A DNA stretch of 61,569 nt, filler included. It is 5 parts of 5 records of this genome, joined end to end, with 100 filler letters (N's around TTAATTAATTAA, not from the genome) between each part and the next. Parts side by side here need not be neighbours in the genome. Positions count along the whole stretch, not along the records: positions 39,783 to 56,042 come from SRR2962707_1547; positions 56,143 to 61,569 come from SRR2962707_1563; 3 more parts are not named here. One strand, 5' to 3'. The position numbers were made by a program, and so were the translations under genes. Below the pieces are notes generated by a model. The model searched no databases. It was not told where the DNA came from and worked only from the letters and a program-made list of their open reading frames with translations. How positions within the stretch are numbered: position 1 is the stretch's first letter; each line of letters starts with the position of its first letter. Positions 51,799-59,973 of the stretch are shown here, in pieces.

Positions 51799-51845
51799 TT
51801 GACGGTCAGAAAGCGTTAGTTTTATATATTGTATAAAATATACAA
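51799..51845 (+). promoter_or_regulatory. Promoter and palindromic GntR operator for the right operon
   Basis: TTGACG (51799-51804), AT-rich -10 region, palindrome TTGTATA-AAA-TATACAA (51829-51845). Confidence 0.72.
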
Positions 51846-51934
51846 AATTATCCAGCAATAGGCTTCACCCAACGCGGATACCAACAACAAACCCGGCTCC
51901 ATAACCGAGCCGCTGGCAACGAGCGAGTACAACA

Positions 51935-52726
51935 ATGAGTGATCCCCAACTTCTTGAACGGCTCGAGCAGGGCATCCTGTGGCTGACCCTGAATCGCCCG
52001 GAGAGCCGTAATGCCCTGACACCGGAGATGATCAGCCAGTTGCGCGAGATCCTGGAAAAGGCAGCGGTGGATCCAGCGGTGCGCGTGGTGGTGCTGGGCG
52101 GCGCGGGCAAGGGCTTTTGCGCCGGCGGTGACGTCAAGGCCATGGCGGAAAGGGGGGACCCCGGGCCGATGGAACAGCGCGTGACCGAACTGCGCCAGTC
52201 CATGGAAAGCGCGCGGCTGCTCCACGAAATGCCCAAACCCACCATCGCCATGGCCCGCGGTGCGGTGGCTGGAGCCGGCCTGTCGCTGGCGTTGGCGTGT
52301 GACTTCCTGATCGTTTCCGACCGTCTCAAACTGACGTCCGCCTTTGTTAACGTCGGGCTTTCCGGTGACTTTGGCAGCACCTACTTCCTGACCCACCGGC
52401 TCGGGCATCGCGCTCGGGAATTGGCGCTGCTGTCTCCGCTGCTGGACGCCGCCGAAGCGGAACGCCTGGGTCTGGTGAACCGGGTCGTGGCCGATGCCGA
52501 GCTGGAAAACGTCACCGCCGATCTGGCCGCCCGCTTGGCTGCCGGACCGGGACTCACCCAGGGCCATATCAAAGCCAACCTCAACGCCGCCGAGCAGGGC
52601 GCCACTTTGGCACAGCTGCTGGACCAGGAAGCCTGGCGGCACATTCGCTGCAGCCTGACCGAGGACCATCAAGAAGCGGCCAGCGCCTTCGTGGAAAAAC
52701 GCACGCCCCAATTCCGCAATCGCTGA
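51935..52726 (+). CDS. Crotonase family protein (PaaG-like signature)
   Basis: LNRPESRNAL, FCAGGDV, AGAGLSLALACD, FVNVGLSGDFG. Confidence 0.9.
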   Translation: MSDPQLLERLEQGILWLTLNRPESRNALTPEMISQLREILEKAAVDPAVRVVVLGGAGKGFCAGGDVKAMAERGDPGPMEQRVTELRQSMESARLLHEMPKPTIAMARGAVAGAGLSLALACDFLIVSDRLKLTSAFVNVGLSGDFGSTYFLTHRLGHRARELALLSPLLDAAEAERLGLVNRVVADAELENVTADLAARLAAGPGLTQGHIKANLNAAEQGATLAQLLDQEAWRHIRCSLTEDHQEAASAFVEKRTPQFRNR

Positions 52727-52782
52727 AAACACCGCATTGCAGCCCGCCCAAGGCGGGCACCCGCACTGAACAGGAGAGCACC

Positions 52783-53601
52783 ATGTCTTATCAGGACATC
52801 GAATACAGCGTGAGCGGTCATATCGCCACCATTACTCTTAACCGTCCGGAGCGCTTGAACGCCTGGACTCATCTGATGGAAAACGAGATGCGTTCCGCCC
52901 TCGCGGTGGCCGAGGCGGACGATCAGGTGCGCGCGGTGGTCATCACTGGCGCCGGGCGGGGCTTTTGCGCGGGCGCTGACATGAGCCTGCTCAACAGCGC
53001 CGCCAGTGGTGAACGTGATAGCAACGATAAGGAAGACGCACAGAGCACAAGCGCTGATGATCCGGAAGGCAACTTCAGCCGTAAGTTCAGCTATCTGCTG
53101 CGGGTGTCGAAGCCGATCATCGCCGCCATCAATGGACCGGTGGCGGGCATCGGTCTGTGCATGACCCTGTTTTGTGATTTCCGCTTCATGGCCGACAACG
53201 CCAAGCTCACCACCGCTTTTTCCCGTCGTGGTCTGATCGCCGAGCACGGCGCCTCCTGGATGCTGCCCCGGCTGGTGGGCACCATGAACGCCCTGGATCT
53301 GCTTTATTCCGGGCGCCTGGTGCAAGCGGAAGAGGCCCAGAGCATGGGGCTGGTCAAGACCTTCCCGGCGGAGGGCTTTCTGGCGACGGTGGAGAACATC
53401 GTGGAGGAAATGGTGACGCTGTCCTCGCCGCGCTCCATCGGAGTGATGAAACGCCAGGTTTTCGACGGCCTGTTCCAGTCCTTGTCGCAAGCCTGGGACG
53501 TGGCGGATCGGGAGATGGTGGCGTCCTTCGACAGTAACGATTTCAAGGAAGGCGTTGCTCATTTCATGGAAAAACGCGCGCCGAACTTCACCGGCTCCTG
53601 A
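52783..53601 (+). CDS. Crotonase family protein
   Basis: LNRPERLNAW, FCAGADM, AGIGLCMTLFCD, FSRRGLIAEHG, EGVAHFMEKRAPNF. Confidence 0.9.
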   Translation: MSYQDIEYSVSGHIATITLNRPERLNAWTHLMENEMRSALAVAEADDQVRAVVITGAGRGFCAGADMSLLNSAASGERDSNDKEDAQSTSADDPEGNFSRKFSYLLRVSKPIIAAINGPVAGIGLCMTLFCDFRFMADNAKLTTAFSRRGLIAEHGASWMLPRLVGTMNALDLLYSGRLVQAEEAQSMGLVKTFPAEGFLATVENIVEEMVTLSSPRSIGVMKRQVFDGLFQSLSQAWDVADREMVASFDSNDFKEGVAHFMEKRAPNFTGS

Positions 53602-53633
53602 ATCGCGCCCTTCCACCATGAGGACCCTGCGTT

Positions 53634-54812
53634 ATGGATACTCTCGACTCCACGGAGATGCACGCTTTTCGCCGGGAAGTGCGTGATTTCGTCACCGTCA
53701 CGCTGCCCGAACCGCTGAAACAACGCAGCCGGCAAGGATTTCATCCCAGCAAGGAAGACATGCGGGAGTGGACCGCCACTCTCCATGGCAAGGGATGGTC
53801 GGCGCCGCACTGGCCGACCTGCTACGGCGGCACCGATTGGTCGCCGCTGAAACGGATGGTCTTCGATATCGAACTGGCGGAAGCCTGGGCACCGGCTCCC
53901 AGCCCTTTCGGCCTGTACCTGATTGGCCCGGTGATCTACACCTTTGGCACCGATCAGCAAAAAGAGCGCTATTTGCCGCGCATCCTGGACGGCTCCGAAT
54001 TCTGGTGTCAGGGCTATTCCGAACCCAACGCCGGCTCCGACCTGGCTTCGCTGCGCACCGCCGCGAAAAGAGAAGGGGATTACTATCGGGTCAACGGTCA
54101 GAAGATCTGGACCAGCCAAGCACAATTCGCCGACTGGATCTTCTGCCTGGTGCGTACCGACAACAGCGGCAAGAAGCAGAACGGCATCAGCATGCTGCTG
54201 ATCGACATGCGCAGCCCCGGCGTGACGGTGAAACCGATCATCACCCAGGATATGGATCACTACGTCAATGAAGTGTTCTTCGAGGATGTGCGGGTGCCGG
54301 CGGAGAACCTCATCGGCGAGGAAAACGCCGGCTGGCGTTACGCTAAATTCCTGCTGGAAAACGAGCGCACCAGCAGTGCCTACCTGCCGCAGGCGAAGCA
54401 GGACATGAAGCGCCTGCGCGAAATCCTCGACCGCATGCGTGAGCAACAGACCGATGGAATCGACGACGAGGCGCTGGACGCGGAATGCGCGGCCCTGGAA
54501 ATCGAAGTCGCCGCCCACGAGTTGGCCATCTATCGCATCCTCACCGACAACGCCAGCAGCCAGGCCGATACCGCCGCTTCCATGGTCAAGATCCAGGGGG
54601 CGCGGCTGCAACAACGTATCAGCGCCTTGTGGGTGGAGGTCCTGGGCATGCACGGACTCCCTCTTTTCCAGCCGCATCGGGAGCACGACTTCGGTGACCC
54701 GGCGGCGATGGGGGCCATGTCCCAGTTCCTGATTCGCCGGGCGGTGTCCATCTATGGCGGCACCAATGAAATCCAGCACGGCATCATCGCCAAACGGGGA
54801 CTGCATCTATGA
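53634..54812 (+). CDS. Acyl-CoA dehydrogenase, PimC-like catalytic subunit (second pair)
   Basis: FWCQGYSEPNAGSDLASL, AKFLLENER, SIYGGTNEIQHGIIAK. Confidence 0.9.
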   Translation: MDTLDSTEMHAFRREVRDFVTVTLPEPLKQRSRQGFHPSKEDMREWTATLHGKGWSAPHWPTCYGGTDWSPLKRMVFDIELAEAWAPAPSPFGLYLIGPVIYTFGTDQQKERYLPRILDGSEFWCQGYSEPNAGSDLASLRTAAKREGDYYRVNGQKIWTSQAQFADWIFCLVRTDNSGKKQNGISMLLIDMRSPGVTVKPIITQDMDHYVNEVFFEDVRVPAENLIGEENAGWRYAKFLLENERTSSAYLPQAKQDMKRLREILDRMREQQTDGIDDEALDAECAALEIEVAAHELAIYRILTDNASSQADTAASMVKIQGARLQQRISALWVEVLGMHGLPLFQPHREHDFGDPAAMGAMSQFLIRRAVSIYGGTNEIQHGIIAKRGLHL

Positions 54813-55972
54813 GGGACGCAACGTTACAACGGCGGCCGTTGGCCCTGGGGCTCAGCGAGGATGAACGCCAGCTCCAGGACAGTATCGAGCGTTTCATCGA
54901 CCACGAATACGACCTGACGCGCCGTCGCGCGGCGCTCGCCGAAGGCGGTGACGATCCCGCCTTATGGCGGCAGATCGCCGAACTGGGGTGGCTGGGTGCC
55001 TGCCTGCCGGAAACCGACGGCGGCTACGCTCAGTCCCCCAAGGAGGCCCTGATCCTGCTGGAGCAATTTGGCCGAGGTCTGGTGCTGGCGCCCGTGCTGG
55101 ATGCCATGCTGGTGCCATCGGCGATTATACGGGCGGCCGGGCAGGGCGAACGCGAGGCCGCGCTGTTGATGGCGATGATGGGCGGGGAGCGCCGCCTGGC
55201 TCTGGCCTGGGCGGAACCGGGGCGACGCTATGATTTGCGGCCGGTGACCACTCAGGCACGGCACGATGGCTACCAATGGCGGCTGCAGGGTACCAAGGCC
55301 ACGGTACTGGGGGCTCCACAGGCGGACACGCTGCTGGTATCCGCCGCCGCCGATCAGGGGCCGGTGCTGATGCGGGTGCCGGCGGACGCGCCCGGACTGG
55401 CTATGACATCCTGCCCCACAATCGGCGGGCAACCGGCGGCGGACTTGTTTTTCGCCGATGTGCGCGTCGCCGATGACGCCCTGGTGGCCAGCGAGGAAAG
55501 CGCCGCGGCGGCGTTGCAAGCAGGGTGGGATTGGGGCGCGGCGGGAGCCTGTGCGGAAGCGTTGGGCGCCATGCGCGCGGCTTTGACGTTGACCCTGGAA
55601 TACGTCGACACCCGCGAGCAGTTCAGCCAGCGATTGTCGCGATTCCAGGTGATCCAGCATCGTCTGGCCGCCATGGCCCTGGAACTGGAATACAGCCAGG
55701 CGCTGTTACCTTTGCTGGCGGCGCACCTGGATCGGCCTGGCGAGCGCTCGTCAACGGTCATCGCCGGTGTCCGCTCGCGTATCAGCGCGGCGGCACGCAG
55801 GGTGACCGCCGACGCGGTCCAACTGCACGGCGGCATCGGTGTCACCGACGAGGCGGCGGTGAGTCATTATTTCCGCCGCGTGGTGGCATTGGACCAGGCC
55901 TGGGGAGGGCACCGTTTCCATCTGCAGCGCTACCGTCAGCAGCGTCACGGCCACGATTTGATTCACGCCTAG
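54809..55972 (+). CDS. Acyl-CoA dehydrogenase, PimD-like non-catalytic subunit (second pair)
   Basis: ALAWAEPGRRY, REQFSQRLSRFQVIQHR, QLHGGIGVTDE, WGGHRFH. ATGA overlap with its partner. Confidence 0.85.
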   Translation: MRDATLQRRPLALGLSEDERQLQDSIERFIDHEYDLTRRRAALAEGGDDPALWRQIAELGWLGACLPETDGGYAQSPKEALILLEQFGRGLVLAPVLDAMLVPSAIIRAAGQGEREAALLMAMMGGERRLALAWAEPGRRYDLRPVTTQARHDGYQWRLQGTKATVLGAPQADTLLVSAAADQGPVLMRVPADAPGLAMTSCPTIGGQPAADLFFADVRVADDALVASEESAAAALQAGWDWGAAGACAEALGAMRAALTLTLEYVDTREQFSQRLSRFQVIQHRLAAMALELEYSQALLPLLAAHLDRPGERSSTVIAGVRSRISAAARRVTADAVQLHGGIGVTDEAAVSHYFRRVVALDQAWGGHRFHLQRYRQQRHGHDLIHA

Positions 55973-56023
55973 CGGTGGTGCCACAACCGCCCGGTGTGCA
56001 TCAATCAGGGCCACGAAGCCGCC

Positions 56024-56042
56024 GTGGGAGCGGCCTTGGCCG
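56024..56042 (+). repeat. REP element truncated by the contig end
   Basis: GTGGGA-GCGGCC-TT-GGCCG. Confidence 0.8.
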
Positions 56043-56142
56043 NNNNNNNNNNNNNNNNNNNNNNNNNNNNNNNNNNNNNNNNNNNNTTAATTAATTAANN
56101 NNNNNNNNNNNNNNNNNNNNNNNNNNNNNNNNNNNNNNNNNN
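56043..56142. other. Artificial contig linker
   Basis: 44 N + TTAATTAATTAA + 44 N. Confidence 0.98.
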
Positions 56143-56193
56143 GCCAAATAAACTCCCCGCGGAGCGTCCCGCACTGTCAACAGGCAGCTACTT

Positions 56194-57189
56194 ATGAAAA
56201 CCGGGCCCAAAAACCTGATTACCGACGTTGCTGGCCTTTATGTTGGTAACGCCCAGGATGATGCGCTGAAATCCGGCACGACCGTTCTGCTGGGCGACCA
56301 TCCATTCACCGCGTCCGTGCATGTCATGGGCGGCGCGCCCGGCACCCGCGAGACTGACCTTCTAGCACCTGATAAATCGGTCGCTGCCGTGGATGCCTTG
56401 GTGTTGTCCGGGGGATCAGCTTACGGTCTGGATGCCTGTTCAGGTGTGGTGGACGGGCTGCGCGCTGCGGGGCGCGGGTTTCAAGTGGGTGCCGCGACAA
56501 TCCCCCTGGTGCCCGGTGCGATCCTGTTCGACCTGCTGAACGGCGGCGAAAAAGACTGGGCCGAAAACCCTTACAGGTCCCTTGGCCGTGCCGCACTAGA
56601 TGCCGCCAGCGACAGTTTCATGCTTGGCACAGTGGGTGCAGGCACAGGCGCGCTTAGTGCGATGGTCAAAGGCGGGCTAGGTTCTGCATCCCTTCAACTC
56701 CCGGACGGGACGATGGTGGGTGCGTTGGTTGCCGCAAATCCCGTGGGGGCCGTGACGACCCCGGGGGATCGCCATTTCTATGCAGCACCCTTTGAAATGA
56801 ACGGCGAATTTGGCGGATTAGGGCCTGATAGTAATAGCGGTTTGGGTCTTAATCTGGACAGCCGCAAGACGGCCGCGATGTCGCCGCGTGAAAACACCAC
56901 CATCGCAATCGTGGCCACAGATGCGACCCTAACCAAGGCGCAATGCAAGCGGATGGCCGTTGCGGCGCATGACGGCATCGCCCGCGCAACCGTCCCCGCG
57001 CACACGCCCCATGATGGTGATCTGGTGTTCGCGCTCAGCACCGCAGATCACGAGGTAGATGACCGCATGCTGCCTCTCATCGGGCACGCCGCATCCCTGT
57101 GCCTTGCCCGCGCAATTGCCCGCGCCGCATACGAAGCCACCCCAGCCCCCAATGATCTGCTGCCCTGCTGGAGAGACCTGAATGCCTGA
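56194..57189 (+). CDS. P1/S58 family self-processing peptidase (DmpA/NylC-like Ntn hydrolase)
   Basis: NLITDVAG, GGAPGTRET, LSGGSAYGL, ILFDL, GAGTGA, KGGLGSAS, putative cleavage site EN|TT, HDGIARA...PAHT..DGD. Confidence 0.88.
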   Translation: MKTGPKNLITDVAGLYVGNAQDDALKSGTTVLLGDHPFTASVHVMGGAPGTRETDLLAPDKSVAAVDALVLSGGSAYGLDACSGVVDGLRAAGRGFQVGAATIPLVPGAILFDLLNGGEKDWAENPYRSLGRAALDAASDSFMLGTVGAGTGALSAMVKGGLGSASLQLPDGTMVGALVAANPVGAVTTPGDRHFYAAPFEMNGEFGGLGPDSNSGLGLNLDSRKTAAMSPRENTTIAIVATDATLTKAQCKRMAVAAHDGIARATVPAHTPHDGDLVFALSTADHEVDDRMLPLIGHAASLCLARAIARAAYEATPAPNDLLPCWRDLNA

Positions 57190-57988
57190 ACTGTCCCTGC
57201 CAGACATAACACTGCATTACGAGGTCAGCGGCACTGGCCCGCCGCTGTTGATGATCGCAGGAATGGTCAGTGACAGCGCAAGCTGGGCTCCGTTAATCCC
57301 CTTGTTAGAGCCTCATTTTACCCTGATCCGGCCCGACAACCGCACAACAGGCCGGACCACGCCGGTTGATGCACCCGTTTCGGTCAGCATCTATGCACAA
57401 GATTGCGCCGCGCTGTTGGATCATCTGGATATACCGCAAGCCCATGTTCTGGGTCATTCAATGGGCGGTATGATCGCGCTTGAGATGATGCAATCTGTTC
57501 CCGCCAAGATTGCCAGCCTGACCCTCGCCGCCAGCGCGCCCATCCGTTTGACCCGCAACTTGGCCCTGTTCAACGCCTTGCTTGCGATCCGGCAAAGCAA
57601 TGCCGCCCCTGACACCTGGCTGCGCGCGTTCTTTCCGTGGCTTTTTGCCCCTGCCGTTTACGATATTCCGGGCGCAGTTGATGATGCCGCATCCGCATCG
57701 CTGGCCTATGCCCATGCGCAAACGGTTCAGGGCATGGCGCATCAGTTGCAGGCGTTGGATGGCTATCAGCCCGCACATCTGCCACCCGAATGGCCCGTCC
57801 CTGCCCAGGCGTTGCTGGCAGCGGATGACATGCTAATCCCGCTGCCCTTGGCGCAATCGGCACTGTCTGGATTACCGGTTCATATCGTCCCTAACGCGGG
57901 GCATTCGATACATTGGGACGCTGCTGACACCGTGGCGGATCACGTCAAAACCATCGCACAAACCCATCCGATAAAGGGCGCGTTATGA
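57182..57988 (+). CDS. Alpha/beta fold hydrolase
   Basis: Nucleophile GHSMGG, DNRTTGRT, DDMLIP, catalytic His in AGHS. Confidence 0.88.
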   Translation: MPELSLPDITLHYEVSGTGPPLLMIAGMVSDSASWAPLIPLLEPHFTLIRPDNRTTGRTTPVDAPVSVSIYAQDCAALLDHLDIPQAHVLGHSMGGMIALEMMQSVPAKIASLTLAASAPIRLTRNLALFNALLAIRQSNAAPDTWLRAFFPWLFAPAVYDIPGAVDDAASASLAYAHAQTVQGMAHQLQALDGYQPAHLPPEWPVPAQALLAADDMLIPLPLAQSALSGLPVHIVPNAGHSIHWDAADTVADHVKTIAQTHPIKGAL

Positions 57989-59361
57989 CCACCGATCTTT
58001 ATGGCCTGCCAATTACCACGCAAAACCCGCAGACGGTTCAAGGGATCAATGATTTCATCCACGGATTTATCGCCTATGAAACCAAGGCCCCCAATATCAT
58101 CCCGACCGCGGATGCGGATCCTGATAGCGCGCTGGCCAATGCCTATGCCGCAATGCTGTGGATGCTTCTTGAGGCCCCCGTCGCCCCCCAAAAGGCCGCG
58201 CCCTATATGGCACGCGCACGCGCTGCGACACCGGGCACCCCGCGCGAGGCGCAGGTGATCGACACCATCGGCCATTGGGTTGCTGGCGATATCCCCGCGA
58301 TGCTGGCGGGATGTGATGCCATCACAACCGACCATCCCCGCGATGTCGTCATGCTAAAGCTGGCGCAGTATCATCTGTTCAACACGGGCGATGCCGCTGG
58401 CATGTTGCGCTTTGCCCTCAAGGCGCTGCCAGATGCCGCCGATATTCCCTATGTACACGGCATGATCGCGTTCGGATATGAGCAATGTCACCTGATGGAG
58501 GACGCCGAAACCGCCGCGCGGCAGGCCATGGCCCTCCGTCATGATGAACCTTGGGCGCATCATGCTTTGGCGCATGTCATGCTGACCCAAGGGCGCGTCG
58601 CTGAAGGGGCCGCTTTTCTGGAAAGCGTTGCAGGCACCTGGCAAAATCTGAATTCCTTTATGCGCAGCCATAACTGGTGGCATTTGGCGTTGTTTTACCT
58701 GTCGCAGGGGCGTCACGACGATGTGTGCCGCGCCTATGACACGCATATCTGGGGCCTCGAAAAGGATTATTCGCAGGATCAGGTTGGTGCAGTGTCGATG
58801 CTGGCCCGAATGGAATTTGCAGGCGTCAGCGTCGGCGATTGTTGGGCCGATGTGGCAGATCACATCGCGATGCGCGGTCAGGACACGGTCAGCGCCTTTC
58901 TAACGCTGCAATACCTATACGCGCTTGGCCGCACGGCCCGCCCCGAAGTGCAATCCTTGATGGCCGCAATCGAAGCGCGGGCGGCGGATATCGCCCCCTA
59001 TGACCACGTTGCATGGGCCGAGGTCGCCCTGCCAGCGGCCCGTGGTATCATCGCCCACAGCAAGGGGGATTGGCCCACCGCAATCACGCAATTGGGTCAG
59101 GCGTTGCCCCGCATGGCGGAATGTGGCGGCAGCCATGCGCAGCGTGATCTGTTCGAGCAAATCCACCTAGATGCCTTGGTTCAGGATGGCCGCGCATCCG
59201 CCGCGCAACAAGTGCTTGAAATGCGCCGCACCTATGACCCTGACGGCGTTCCGTTAAATCTGCTGCTTGGGGATATTTACGAAAAAACCGGCCTGCCCGA
59301 ACAGGCGGCCAAGGCCCGCAAACGTGCTGAAAACACACGTGCCGCGGTACAATCCCGCTAG
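57985..59361 (+). CDS. TPR protein, TTC38-like
   Basis: HGMIAFGYEQ, WAHHALAHV, HNWWHLAL, GGSHAQRDLF, which are motifs I associate with the TTC38 family. ATGA overlap. Confidence 0.78.
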   Translation: MTTDLYGLPITTQNPQTVQGINDFIHGFIAYETKAPNIIPTADADPDSALANAYAAMLWMLLEAPVAPQKAAPYMARARAATPGTPREAQVIDTIGHWVAGDIPAMLAGCDAITTDHPRDVVMLKLAQYHLFNTGDAAGMLRFALKALPDAADIPYVHGMIAFGYEQCHLMEDAETAARQAMALRHDEPWAHHALAHVMLTQGRVAEGAAFLESVAGTWQNLNSFMRSHNWWHLALFYLSQGRHDDVCRAYDTHIWGLEKDYSQDQVGAVSMLARMEFAGVSVGDCWADVADHIAMRGQDTVSAFLTLQYLYALGRTARPEVQSLMAAIEARAADIAPYDHVAWAEVALPAARGIIAHSKGDWPTAITQLGQALPRMAECGGSHAQRDLFEQIHLDALVQDGRASAAQQVLEMRRTYDPDGVPLNLLLGDIYEKTGLPEQAAKARKRAENTRAAVQSR

Positions 59362-59374
59362 GCGACAGCGCAGC

Positions 59375-59412
59375 AAAAAGCCCGCCCAAGTTTTCCAACG
59401 GGCGGGCTTTTT
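59375..59412. terminator. Bidirectional intrinsic terminator
   Basis: AAAAAGCCCGCCC-N12-GGGCGGGCTTTTT between convergent genes. Confidence 0.85.
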
Positions 59413-59429
59413 CTGCATGTTAGGGTCGA

Positions 59430-59897
59430 TTATTCGGTTGCAGGTACTTCTGCTTCGCCCGTCGCGTCGGCCGCTGCCGGGGACACGCTTGCCAGATAGG
59501 CCGCGACGTCTTCGCCACCCTTACGCAGTTTGAACGACATCTTGGACCGCGCTTTGCTATCGTCCAGCGTTTCGCGCAAGAACTCAGTTGGGTTGGTCAT
59601 ATAGGCGGCCAAGGTTGCTTCGTCCCAGATCAGGCCGGCATCGCCCGCATCGACCAGTGATTTACCGTATTTATAGCCATCAACCGATCCCGCCTGACGC
59701 CCAACGATGTTGAAAAGGTTCGGGCCAGTTTTGCCGCCTTTTTGGATAACTTCGCCTGCATCATCCACAATTGCGTGGCACGCCTTGCACTTGCCAAAGT
59801 TCTTTTCGCCAGCGGCGGCATCGCCTGCGCTGTGGCTGTCTGCAAAAACGGGTGCGGCAAAGACAGTTGCCACCAGTGCTGTATAGATCAATTTCAT
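59430..59897 (-). CDS. Cytochrome c2/c550 (class I)
   Basis: Signal peptide ...APVFA, GDAAAGEK, heme motif CKACH, KTGPNL, distal Met in SKMSF. Confidence 0.93.
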   Translation of the reverse strand: MKLIYTALVATVFAAPVFADSHSAGDAAAGEKNFGKCKACHAIVDDAGEVIQKGGKTGPNLFNIVGRQAGSVDGYKYGKSLVDAGDAGLIWDEATLAAYMTNPTEFLRETLDDSKARSKMSFKLRKGGEDVAAYLASVSPAAADATGEAEVPATE

Positions 59898-59973
59898 CAG
59901 TAATCTCCCTAGAAACCTAGGCGTTTTAGATAGCGTGGAATTGCGCTAGTCAACATCAGCCGTTCGGCAGATT

